The notes under the pieces were generated by a model. That model saw only the letters and a list, made by a program, of their open reading frames with translations, ran no database searches and had not been told where the DNA came from. Made by a program: the position numbers and the translations under genes. From Entomortierella parvispora E1425 (Eukaryota > Fungi > Mortierellomycota): DNA of 64,000 bases. Positions 33,893-44,670 of this stretch are shown here, piece by piece. Positions within the stretch are counted from its first letter, which is position 1. Each line of letters starts with the position of its first letter. The stretch covers positions 868,001-932,000 of the forward strand of contig BQFW01000002.1 in NCBI GenBank assembly GCA_020891255.1. The letters are read 5' to 3'.

Positions 33893-36229
33893 ATGCCCTC
33901 CAGAGCCAGCACAGACAAGTACCGGGAATGGATTGCGCAGATTGGTTCGGGCCTGGAGCAGCTCTGGGACGCACTTCTTCATAGCTACGACTCGGCCAGC
34001 TACAAGTCTATGTTGGAACTGGGCTTTCAATGCCTGATTCTTCGTAGCATCTTCACTATCCTTCCATATCTGGCGCCTTCATCTTTTACGTATCCTCTAG
34101 CCCCTCTATTCTACCCAACGCTTTTTTTATACCGATATCTCAATCCAGACCCATGGGATCGACTCTTCATGAACACTGTTCGAGCCCTCGAATGTGCTGA
34201 CCGAACAGATATTGTCGCCAAACCCAGCCCCAAATACTACAATCAGTTGGAACGATACATCCGGAGAGCCGCCAAAGCATATGTCGGGGTCGGCACGCTC
34301 CAATATCTTGTGGGCCGAACTGGGTTCTTCTCCTGGCCAAGCATCATTATGGGTTTGATGGCTACTCGGGAATATCTCAAATTCAAAGGCATAAAGAAGC
34401 CCAGCTGGATGCTCTTCTGCGCTGTGCTGTTCATAGGACCGCGGTGGCCAGTATGGCTGGTGCGGACCATTGTGCTACAAGAAATGCTCATGTACGAGCT
34501 CCTGCAACCTTACCTCGTTCGGGTTGACTTCAAATCCTGGGAAGAGCGTGCATGGCTATCCGAACACGCTCTCGAACTGCAAGGGTTCGCGTTAGGAGCC
34601 TATTTCCTTTGCAATCTCCCCTTTGTGGGACCTGCCTTTATTCCGGTCCTCTTCCCGGCCGTTGCCTTTCTCTTGACCCGATCCTGCGGCTCGATGCGAA
34701 ATACCAGTAATGGAATGTCTGGCGATCTGTTGGAGAGACTGTGTCCGGGATCGAAAATTATTGCGCTTGGACAAAGCAAGTCTGTGAGTGGGGATTGGGA
34801 TCAGACCAGTGTTTCGACCCTTGTTCGGGATGATGAATCCAAGACTTCCAAAGCTTCGACACATATTAAACCAAGGAATCATTACAAGATCAGTGAAGGA
34901 GTCCATGGTGCAGTTTCGACAGCGGAAGCGATGGAGGACAAGGATCGGACTCACCATATACGAGGCACCATGCATCGGGAGGCAGAGAAACTCGCTCATG
35001 GGGAGGCCCAACGTTTTCGCAGACGCCGTATGGAATCACCATCATCTTCATCAACGACATCGCACTCAATATCCGGAGGACTTTCTATGATCCCTGGAGG
35101 ATTCCCATCAGATACCCTGCCATCACAACCATCCACCAACAGCAGCAGTAACAGTAATCGCACATCAAAATCCAAAGGAGGACGACCCACCAAAGGCGAC
35201 ATCACTCGGGAGGATTATACGAAATACAATTTCAGCGATCGAAAGACAGACGCGTCAGCACCGTCAGCCCCACCGCCTCCCTCAGGGGAGGGAGATGACT
35301 GGCAGCATAGTGGAGATGACAGCGAGGTTTTCAGAGAAATTGGGGAACCTCAATTGAATTCGGGTACGGGACCTCGGACAGCAAGAGAACAAGCGATGCG
35401 AGATGCTAAAGAGCAAAGAAGGTGGGCCAAACAACAAAGAATACTTGCCAAGGAGCAACGACGAGCAGCCAGTCAGGAGCGTGCTCGAGCACGTCGGGAG
35501 ACACAACGGGCAACCTCACAGCGAAGACCAGCAGGCGCATCAAGCACATCAGGATCAGAAACGTCAGATTCGGACACATCAGGATCACGCACGCCACATA
35601 CCAAAGAGAAAGAGTCCAAACTTGAGGAGGAACTGGAGGAAGGGGAGGAAGAGGACGAGCTCTTGGAAGAGGATGAGGATGAAGAAGAAGGAGAAGAGGT
35701 TCACGGATTTGACCTCGAGGAGACAATTGATGACCCATACATGACGGCCATTGACCAAAGAGGAGGATTCGGATTTAGAGGATACAGAAGAGGATGGGAG
35801 CGCGGAAGAGGACGCGGTACCACAGGTGGTTGGACACGGGGAGGACGCGGTGGTCGTGGAAATCCAAGAGGTGGAGGACGCGGGCTATTCCGCGGTCAGG
35901 ATGTCCATGGCGAACCCAATGACCGAAACTCTGGCATCAATGATACAGAGAGACGGACGAGGGGTGCCCCAAGAGCTGAATCAGAAGGTGGCAACAGCTC
36001 TGGAATATTTGATGGGATTTCAGGCATTACAGCGTCGATGTCCAACCTCGATAAAGACCTCAAGGGGCTTGATAGTCATTTAAGTAAGACGATCAAGGAT
36101 AGCGTAAGTGGATGGCTCAAGAAATGGGAGAATCCCGATGAACCTGGGTCCTACATCATGAAGATAAACTCGCTCAATGATCTATTTTCAAACGAGAACA
36201 ATGACAAGTCTAAAAAGAAAAAGAAATAA
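33893..36229 (+). CDS. EI24/UsgS-like polytopic membrane protein with a long disordered, acidic and RGG-rich C-terminal half
   Basis: LYRYLNPDPWDRLFMNTV and LMYELLQPYLVRVDF..ERAWL..LQGFALG..LPFVG resemble fungal UsgS/EI24-family motifs as I recall them. Single ORF with ATG at 33893. Confidence 0.72.
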   Translation: MPSRASTDKYREWIAQIGSGLEQLWDALLHSYDSASYKSMLELGFQCLILRSIFTILPYLAPSSFTYPLAPLFYPTLFLYRYLNPDPWDRLFMNTVRALECADRTDIVAKPSPKYYNQLERYIRRAAKAYVGVGTLQYLVGRTGFFSWPSIIMGLMATREYLKFKGIKKPSWMLFCAVLFIGPRWPVWLVRTIVLQEMLMYELLQPYLVRVDFKSWEERAWLSEHALELQGFALGAYFLCNLPFVGPAFIPVLFPAVAFLLTRSCGSMRNTSNGMSGDLLERLCPGSKIIALGQSKSVSGDWDQTSVSTLVRDDESKTSKASTHIKPRNHYKISEGVHGAVSTAEAMEDKDRTHHIRGTMHREAEKLAHGEAQRFRRRRMESPSSSSTTSHSISGGLSMIPGGFPSDTLPSQPSTNSSSNSNRTSKSKGGRPTKGDITREDYTKYNFSDRKTDASAPSAPPPPSGEGDDWQHSGDDSEVFREIGEPQLNSGTGPRTAREQAMRDAKEQRRWAKQQRILAKEQRRAASQERARARRETQRATSQRRPAGASSTSGSETSDSDTSGSRTPHTKEKESKLEEELEEGEEEDELLEEDEDEEEGEEVHGFDLEETIDDPYMTAIDQRGGFGFRGYRRGWERGRGRGTTGGWTRGGRGGRGNPRGGGRGLFRGQDVHGEPNDRNSGINDTERRTRGAPRAESEGGNSSGIFDGISGITASMSNLDKDLKGLDSHLSKTIKDSVSGWLKKWENPDEPGSYIMKINSLNDLFSNENNDKSKKKKK

Positions 36230-36268
36230 AAAGGTCTTTCTTCCCGCCCAAGCTCCAATGCGAGAAAG

Positions 36269-36276
36269 TCACGTGA
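36269..36276. promoter_or_regulatory. TCACGTGA E-box between the EI24-like gene and the hydrolase gene
   Basis: GTCACGTGAA, about 590 bp upstream of the hydrolase ATG and 40 bp after the previous stop codon. Confidence 0.3.
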
Positions 36277-36868
36277 ATACCATGGTGAATACCAAAAAAA
36301 AATGCCAATTGATCACAATTGATCACATCACATTCACATTCGTGCGTGGCGGTCCCCTCGGGGATGGCCACCGGGTTGTTTCCCCCTATGAGTCCACTTT
36401 TGACTACCCATAGCAGTGCTCCTTTTCTTTGAGGAAAGAGAGTAACTGACTGGGGAGTGCAAAGCAGAGGACGATGAAGGGTCTCCGCAGGAGAGAGGAA
36501 ACAAGTACAGCACGATAGAGCAAAGAGAGTGTCTGCAGATGAGGACACGCGATGGATAGTTGTGCAGACGTGCGGACCAGTCTTGAGTGAAAAGAAGGCA
36601 AGACTGCATCGCAAGTGCTGTTCTTTGATCCCATCGGATAGACCTATCCTTTACAACCATCTTCATGAAAAAGAATAAAAACGACTTAAAAAAAAAGGGT
36701 CCCGAGGACAGTTCAGTCTGCACATTGAACAACGTGGTCCATGCACTTTCACGCTCTCCATGCACTGCTGACCCGCACCCCATTAGAAAAAGAAAGCACG
36801 CGGCCCATCCTTCAACAAGAGTAATCCTCTCTTTCCCACCTCCCTGCTGTGATCTCGCTCACCATAAC

Positions 36869-38153
36869 ATGGCCTCCATTCCAATTCCTCGACGATACCA
36901 CAGGATCGTCTATCTACCCTCAAAGCACGATGACAGCCATCTTGAGGTTCTTTTATCGATTCCCACGACTATATCCTCTACATCACCGCAACTTTACACG
37001 GGCGTGGTGATCGCCCACCCCTATGGACCCTTGGGTGGATCGTACAACAACAATGTAGTGGGCGCGTTGCTGCAGTGGTTCGAGACACAGCCGCTCCAGG
37101 TCAAGAGCGAAGAGACTGGGAATGTGAACCTATCATCATCGACTAGGGAGTCCAGAAAGACTTCTTCAGTTCCTCTAGAATGCGTTATTGCCGCGTTCAA
37201 CTTTCGGTGGGTCAATTGGAGAGACCTCATGAATTTCATCCGCAGCGAACGCTCTTGACTAATAACCGCTCTACCATTCAATGCCGACGTACAGAGGTTC
37301 TGGAAAGTCAAAGGGCAAGACCTCGTGGACAGGCGAGGCCGAGCGTCAAGATTACCAGACAGTTGTGGATTTCCTTCAGAGTGGGACGCGAGCAACCCCA
37401 CTAGGCGCCTCGACAGAACGACACGATTCTGGAACGGGCACTCCGGCATCGACTAAAGTCTATGATGAAACGGGAGAAGAGATTGATCCGCCGCGTCTTC
37501 CCTCAATGTCGCGCTTCATTCTCGCTGTAAGTCTCAGAGAATATCGAAGCAAGAGCGTGAGAAACCCCCGAAGTGCCCTCATAGTGTTTGCCTTATATTG
37601 ACTATTTTTCTTTTTTTCAATTGGCACTCTACGCACATCTGCAAAGGGCTTTTCATACGGAGGACTGGTCGCGTCGACTATCCCTCCTCCGTTACGGTTC
37701 ACGGCGAGTCCAGAAAGTGGACATCTCCCCACGAGCTATATCTTTGTCAGCTATCCAGCTGGCGTGGCATGGTTTTTAACCACTGGCTACCAGGGATCAT
37801 TCTTTCAACGTGCAAAAACGATTTTGCTAGGCGAGAATATCCCATCAGACTCAAACTCGGATGGGACAATACCCAAGCCATCCACAGCCAAGGTGGAGGC
37901 TTTTTTCATTTCTGGATCGGAAGACCAGTTCACAAGCCCAACGACTTTGATGAATTGGCTCAAGATCAATGCAGGGATGAGCCCCCCTGCATCCCAAAAT
38001 AATGCAGGACCAGCGTCGTGGGCTGTGACAAGACCTGATGGCGCGATTCATGTGGAAGTTTTGGATGGAGTAGATCATTTCTGGCTTGACAAGGAACAGA
38101 AACTTCTTGGCGCTTTGAAAAACTGGTGGAATGACTGCCACCCTGTCTCGTAA
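36869..38153 (+). CDS. Alpha/beta-hydrolase fold protein; 3 exons
   Basis: AHPYGPLGGSYNNNVV, FNFRGSGKS, nucleophile elbow GFSYGG, acid GSEDQF, histidine DHFW. Introns 37207-37294 and 37527-37646. Confidence 0.9.
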
Positions 38154-41100
38154 CGTATTACCAACTTTCTATTTTCACAGAAAAAATAGCCCTCTTCACT
38201 ATATAGTACCTGTGGTATGAAGTAGCACAAAGAATTGTCTCCAAATCTAGGCTGTTGCCTCGTTGTTGTTTATCTCTGATAAAGGTCAACGCGCGTTTCG
38301 TCCATCCAAGGATACATCATCTGAAGCTGCTGAGCACAGAGGCGCACGCGATCGGATTTTTTTTTTTATTAGTGGGGCAAAAAGACCGTTTGCCCATGTT
38401 TTAATGGCTCCGCTCTGGAAGTAACCGGCTATTCGGTCTTTTTTTGACCTTTCGACTCTCAAAAGAGAGCAGAGGGACATGTGCAAACCCGCGTTTCTTC
38501 AATTGCGATCTTTATTTTTGTGCATTTGTGCAACAAACAAATCCAAACGATCCTTGGTTGCTGGGGGAGGTGGGAGGGAGTGGGGAATGCGCGCCATTTT
38601 TTTTTTTTTGTTATCGACGGATGGATGGGGAGGTCGCGGGCCACGGCTTTTCGGGTTGTGAGCTGCAAAAAAGAGTCCAGATTCTTTCCGACAAGCAACA
38701 CGCACAGAAGGGCCCTCGCCTCCTTCGATCGGAGATCCAGATTTAAGAGTTGGAATGCCATGTCGTCACGATCACAAAGTGTAAAATGGTACTGTTCACA
38801 CATGAGCATGCAAGCTGTCTCCACCATTCAGAAACAGCAGCTGCAGCGCTGCAGAAGAAAGCGGAAGGGTAAAAGGGCCCAGGAAAAAAGAAAAAAAATG
38901 AACTAGTTTTAGTGGGCGGCGGGGTGTGAGGGGTGTGAGGGAAGGGGAATGGTGGATGCAGGCCGATGAATTTCTTTATTTTTGTTTTTCAATGTGCGCT
39001 TTTCTGCGTTAAAAAATGCTTGTTTGAATCAAGAACAGTCGGTGTTTGTGTTTTTTTGGGACAGCAGCAGTAGGAGCAGCGCAGTGAAGGTTGGGTCCAA
39101 AAAAAACAACAGCCCAAGGGTAGGGGCCAGGGACCGATGGGGTATCTGCGTGTGTTTTTTGCTATCTCGAGATCCCAAGAAGGAAAAAAAGTCGAGGCGA
39201 TACCCATGTGGGAGTGTTTGTGTTTCTATTTGGGTTCTCCACAAAAAACGCTTTTTTTTTCGGTCTTTATCACAACTCAAGGTTGACCATGGGATTTTTT
39301 TTTCAGGAACTGATTTGTTCCTGTTGCCGGAAATCAAAGTGGCTGCTCCAAAAAAAAAAAAAAGAAAAAAAAAAAAAACTGGTTCAGTAACAATCATACT
39401 TCATTTCCTACTGCTCAATTGATAGCGCTCGGGTTGCAAAAAAAGAAAAAGAGAGAGAAAAAAAACACACACACGAGCCGTGTGGCAGAGAAGGAAACAG
39501 CCGCTCTGTCCTGTTGCTTGGGCCGATGGCGGCGGTTGCAGCGTCGGCATGGGTTGCACAACACACGTAATTGCGGAGCAATTTGACAAACAGGTTCAAG
39601 ACACGGCACTGTAGGGGGTGAACCTTGCAAGGAGAGAGCAAGGAAAAGCAGGGGAGAGGAGAGGAGACAGAGCGCGCGCGAGAGAGTGCGTGTGTGTTTT
39701 TTTGTGTGCTCTGTGGGTATGTCGGTGGGGAGGATGAAAGATGAAGCGCAACGATCAACGTCAACAAAGAGCACAACTCCCAAGGTGCAACTGGGGGGTC
39801 CCTCAAAAAAAAAAGGCCCTGTCGTTTTTTCCTATTTCTGTTGGTTGAAAGCTGTGAGAGCAACAAACGATAACGAATATGTCCCTGTGGTGCGGAATGG
39901 CCTTGAAAGTTGAAATCGCACTCGAGAAACAGCTGGAAGGCCCGACAGACAGAGATTCTGAGAGCCACACTCGGTTAAAGAGGTCTAACAAAATGCCGAA
40001 AGACCAGCCAAAAAGGCCCTGCTGCTTCCTGTCATTATCATAGATAGACAGGGGCAGACCGTCCGCCAGGGCTAGTTTACTTCAGGGACGCAGGCTGACA
40101 CTGCGGAACCCTTTCAAAAGCCCTCTTGCGACTACAGCCTCTTTGTCTCGAAGTTCCTCCAAAGACAATGGTCGCTAGGGGCACGAAATAGTTCCTTCCG
40201 TGTCCATGTGGACCTGGGGTAGAACCTTGATCTGTCTCTGATCCAGGCCCCCCCTTGTGGTTTAGTTCCTGTGGTGCCAAAGTCCAGAATAGATCATGGC
40301 TCCCACTCCGGTGGGTCGTGACAGTACTCTGAAAGGATGGTCCTGCTGCCATGCTGCAGCTTGTCAACGACCCAGAGTGCAAGGGTCTCAACGGAAGGAC
40401 AGGAGACGGAAGGTTAGTGATCAGGAGCCGACCATTAAAAACCAGACTAAGGGGGGTCTATTGACATTGAGAGAAAGAGAGAATAAGCAAGATAACATGG
40501 GAAAGGAGACGGTCGCGAGCAAGAGGGTCACCGATCGGAAAAGCAGAGTCGTCCTTATATGTCCATTCTTGATCGTCGAGCCAGCCTGGTAACTGAAGTG
40601 AAAGAGAGAGAAAAAAGGTGAAAGAGCGGGAGCAGCCACGGTCGTTTTGATCCAGAGACAGAGAGAGACAGGATGGAACAGGTACATACAGATCCAGATG
40701 AGCAGGGGACCCAGATGGTCATCCCTGCCACTCCAGCCCAGGGCTGTGGATCGTCTCATGTGGCAGCCCTGTCCCTGTCCCTGTCTGATGTCTCTTTGGA
40801 CAAAGATGAGCAAGAAGCGAGAAGGGCAGCAGGAAACGAGAAGGACAGACAGATAATAGATTGCATGAGATGGATGCGATGCAAGGACGTGTCTATTTTA
40901 TACATACAATAAGCATTGCAATAACAATCTTCATGACAGGCTGGGGATCTGTTTCCCTTCCCTCTTTTCTGTCTTGTCGCCTTGGCACCCTCTTCACTTC
41001 CTTCCTTCCTTCCTTCCTTCCTTCCTTCCTTCCTCTTTCCCTCCTCTCTTCTCTCTGCCTCCCTTGTCGTCGTTGTCCCACTTCATATTATTTTTCATAT

Positions 41101-41617
41101 CATTCCTCTTCGCCCCTCTCCGCTCGATTCTCAGTCTCGATTCACTCCCATTCATTCCTCTCTGTCCCCTCTTTCTTTCTCTTTGTCTCCCTCACTCTCT
41201 CTCTCTCCCTCGCTGCATCCATTGCAAGCCCAATGACACCAAGTGCCCGTCATTCTAGCATGAATCCTTCTTGTCTTCTTTCACGCCTGTAGCAACATAC
41301 CCACTCTTTTATTCAATACTCTTTAATTTTTTATATTCTTTTTGTATCGTCTCGTCATACTTCGCACATCGTCCCCTTCTCTTCTTTTTTCTCTTCTCTC
41401 CTCTCTCCTCTTCTCTCTCTCCTCGTACCTTTCCCTCCTTCACTGACTTCTCCCTTGGTTCTCTCGGCTTCGCCCTCTCTTCCTGTTCCTTGCCAGCCTT
41501 CTTCTTCTTCCTCTTCTTCTTCTTCCAGGGAACATCATCTCTTTCTTCACGGAGGTTGCATTCGTCTTCTTTTTATTTTCTTTATTTATTTCCTCTTCTT
41601 CCTCCCCCAACCGCCAT

Positions 41618-43039
41618 ATGCTTGCCCACTGCAGCAGCATTCGTCTCCCATCTCCGCCAGCAGACAGGACCTCGAAACACATGGCCTCTTCACATCATTC
41701 CAGTCCTGGCACCCACCATCAGCTTCCTCACCCCTTCTTGCAGTCTCCGACCCACGCCCGCTCCAACTCGGGGTCGTTGCCGCCGCTGATACTCTCACAT
41801 TCTTCGCACTCGTCCTCGCACGCGCTCTCGAAGGATGCCGCGTCTCTGTCAAGGAACGACTCTTCGTCCTCATTGCACTCTTTTGTCTCTTCTTCGTCTT
41901 CCTCGTCAACCACGGGTCCAGGCTCCTCCGATTTGTCGTCGTCCCTATCACCGACCATCATGTCCTTCGCGTCCGGATATAGCCTGCACGCGAACAACAA
42001 TAACACGACGACATTGGCCCAACCAGTAGCCATTTATCCTCAGGAACACCCTCACCGCAAGAGATTTTCGCCCCGGCACAGTGCCACCGGATCTTCGTAT
42101 ACCAGCTACTCGTCTGCATTGGCATTGACCTTTGCAGAACAACAGCAACAGCAGCAACAATACCATCTTAATCATCAGAGTCAGCACCACCTCCTAAAGC
42201 AGAAGAGTTGTCGGTCCAGCAGGAGCAACAGCATCCATGTCGATAATAATAACTCATCCACTAGCAGTACCACTAATCCTAATACGAGCACTGGGCCCTA
42301 CAGCCTCAGCCAACAGCAGCAATTGCGACAACACCAGCAACAACAACAACAACCACAGCAGCAGCAACCGTTTCACTCTCATAATCAGCAGGAGCTCTCT
42401 CGTGCTCGTCGTCATCAAAACCGCTCTCGTCCAACCCACCAGGGCCACCACGATATCTCTCCGCCCTCGCCCTGTGAGGCTCTAGACGCGTCCACTTGCT
42501 ACTGCGTCGAGTCCCATTCACCATCCACGGGATTCTCGACAGACTCGACAACCTTGTTGTCCACCCAGATATCAGGGAATAAGTCCAGCGCGTCGACTCC
42601 GTGTTTGCCCCCAAGGCTGTTGTCACCAGTGTCACCCTTATCGTCTTCGACTTCTAGCACTTCCGCAGACTATATGGCGACCAGCATGGCACAGTGTTCC
42701 CCCTTGTTGTCACATAGTTCAACGGCGACGACCAAGCTCCTACCAGCTGCGACCATGCCAAAGATGAGCAGCAGCAGCAGCAGCAGCAGTGGAAGCAACA
42801 GTGAACCTAGCTCGCCCGTCGATGTCTCACCCTGTTCACCTCCGACCTCTGTCGCGTCGACTCTGACGAGCTGCAGTTCCCTTGCGACCTCGCCCGTGAG
42901 GACCCGCAGAACGTCGTCCCTGACATCGTTTGAGTACTTTGGGTCGTCCGTGCCCACATTCTTCAATTCAAATCCTTCGACTGTCCTCTTTTCGCCCTCG
43001 CCCTCGCCCCCATTGTCGACACATTCTCAAACAGCACCA

Positions 43040-43089
<50 letters not shown>

Positions 43090-43564
43090 TCACCAACATC
43101 ACTCGAGGCGTCGACAAGACCATGCACGGAGATCGTTGGGCTTGGTCCAACATCAGGGGCAAGGAATTTTGCAGCACGCTTCACCCCAAGAGGCACGCGA
43201 ACTGGGACATGGACTGCAGTCTTTGTATTACCACCATCCCCCCACATCTTCATCCCTTTTGACGCGACGTCCCCTCTCGACGTCCTCCATCGCTTCCTCG
43301 GCTCGGGCTTCTTCCGGGATTCATGGGCGGCCATTGTCTCTTCAACAGCGTCAACAACACAGGATGGGATCTACATCGTCAGCATCTGCGGTATTGACTG
43401 CCTCAAGCGCCCCAAGCGATCCATTGTCGTCCCCACAGGCTATTGCGTTGAGCTCGAGTCGCTATATTCGGTTCATCTGGCTACCACTGCTGCCACTCTT
43501 GATCCTTGCCCTTGGTGGACAAACATCATCCAAGTTTGAGAACCCTGTCAAGTACAATGATTAA
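41618..43564 (+). CDS. Hypothetical S/Q/H-rich disordered protein with a C-terminal hydrophobic segment
   Basis: 648-aa uninterrupted ORF whose CAA/CAG runs are in frame as poly-Q, like the verified genes nearby. No recognisable domain. Confidence 0.6.
43043..43087 (+). repeat. (CAA)15 coding microsatellite (poly-Q)
   Basis: Read directly within the 41618-43564 ORF. Confidence 0.95.
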
Positions 43565-44670
43565 GAGGAAAGAATAACGAGGAAAACATTACTGCATCCC
43601 AAAAAAAAGCTCCCCCCTTCTCGAGGCAAGAATGGGAAGAACAACACACCCTCTCACCCACTCTCACCCACTCTCACCCCCAAATACCATATTCAATCAT
43701 AATTTAGTCTCCCCATGTAGCTTCATCATTTGCATCCTCTCCATCATCGCGCCAACTAATAGCACTGTCAAGATCTCAAAAAAATAATCAATTGACCCAT
43801 TCTGTTTGGACCCATGTTTCCTTCTAAAAGCTCGAGTCTATCTGACTTGGTCAGAATGAAACGCTCAACCACACACTGACTTTGATACCACCTTGCCATT
43901 TCCCAAGAGGATGACTCTGGCAGTTCTCTCGGGGGATGATCTTTTCCAACCCCCTATCCATCTGTCGTCCAACTTTTTTTTTTTCCTACTGGCGTTGCTT
44001 CCCTGGGGGTAGGGGGAGGAATTTTATTACAGAAAGCCACCGATGCCTAGACGAAAAAAGAAAGCACAAAGAGAGGGACCACTTTAACCAGAACACTGAA
44101 CTTCCTATGGAGTTTGGAGCAGTAACGCACTTCATTAGCTCATTGGTATCAGGACGTCAAACTACTCAGCTGGTAATCGCATTCATTCAGGGACACCGTC
44201 AGTTTCTGCCAACTCTGCGGTAAAAAGCCTGGCGATGTAATCTCTGGGACTGGAATGTGACATTTAGGCATATCAAGAGTTGTTCCTCTCTCCTCCTAAA
44301 AGTTTTTGGCCTTTTTCAAGACCGGCCATGGCAGGCGGAAACTCTTTTCTTGACAAGGGCTGGCATCCCAGCCGACCGCCATGTGAAGTGGAGGGGGCGC
44401 TCGTGAGATTAGGGTTTCTACTCACACAACAACAGCCCAATGTCCGAAACACTGGGAGTTCAGAGATTTCCAAGAACAAGCAGTTTTCGCCCCCTCTCAC
44501 TCTCTCTCTCTTTCTCTCTCTCTTTCATTTCTTGAAGACGGGCATGTGAGGACGATAGCCGAGAGAAAATATCGTCAAAAGAATGTGTATTGTAGTTTTA
44601 TTAAGAACGCGGAAAAAAAGAAAAGCAACGACAAAAATGTTGGACAATGTGTAATGGTTTGTTTCTTCTT

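Noticed and set aside
38286-41600. Many short ORFs in the large intergenic block (also 23200-25600 and 61840-62960)
   Set aside because: They are built from homopolymer and microsatellite runs, mostly use non-ATG starts, and have no splice-consistent extension or domain.
43651-43680. (CTCTCACCCA)3 short tandem repeat
   Set aside because: A simple 3'-region minisatellite with no spacers or associated genes. Not CRISPR-like or telomeric.
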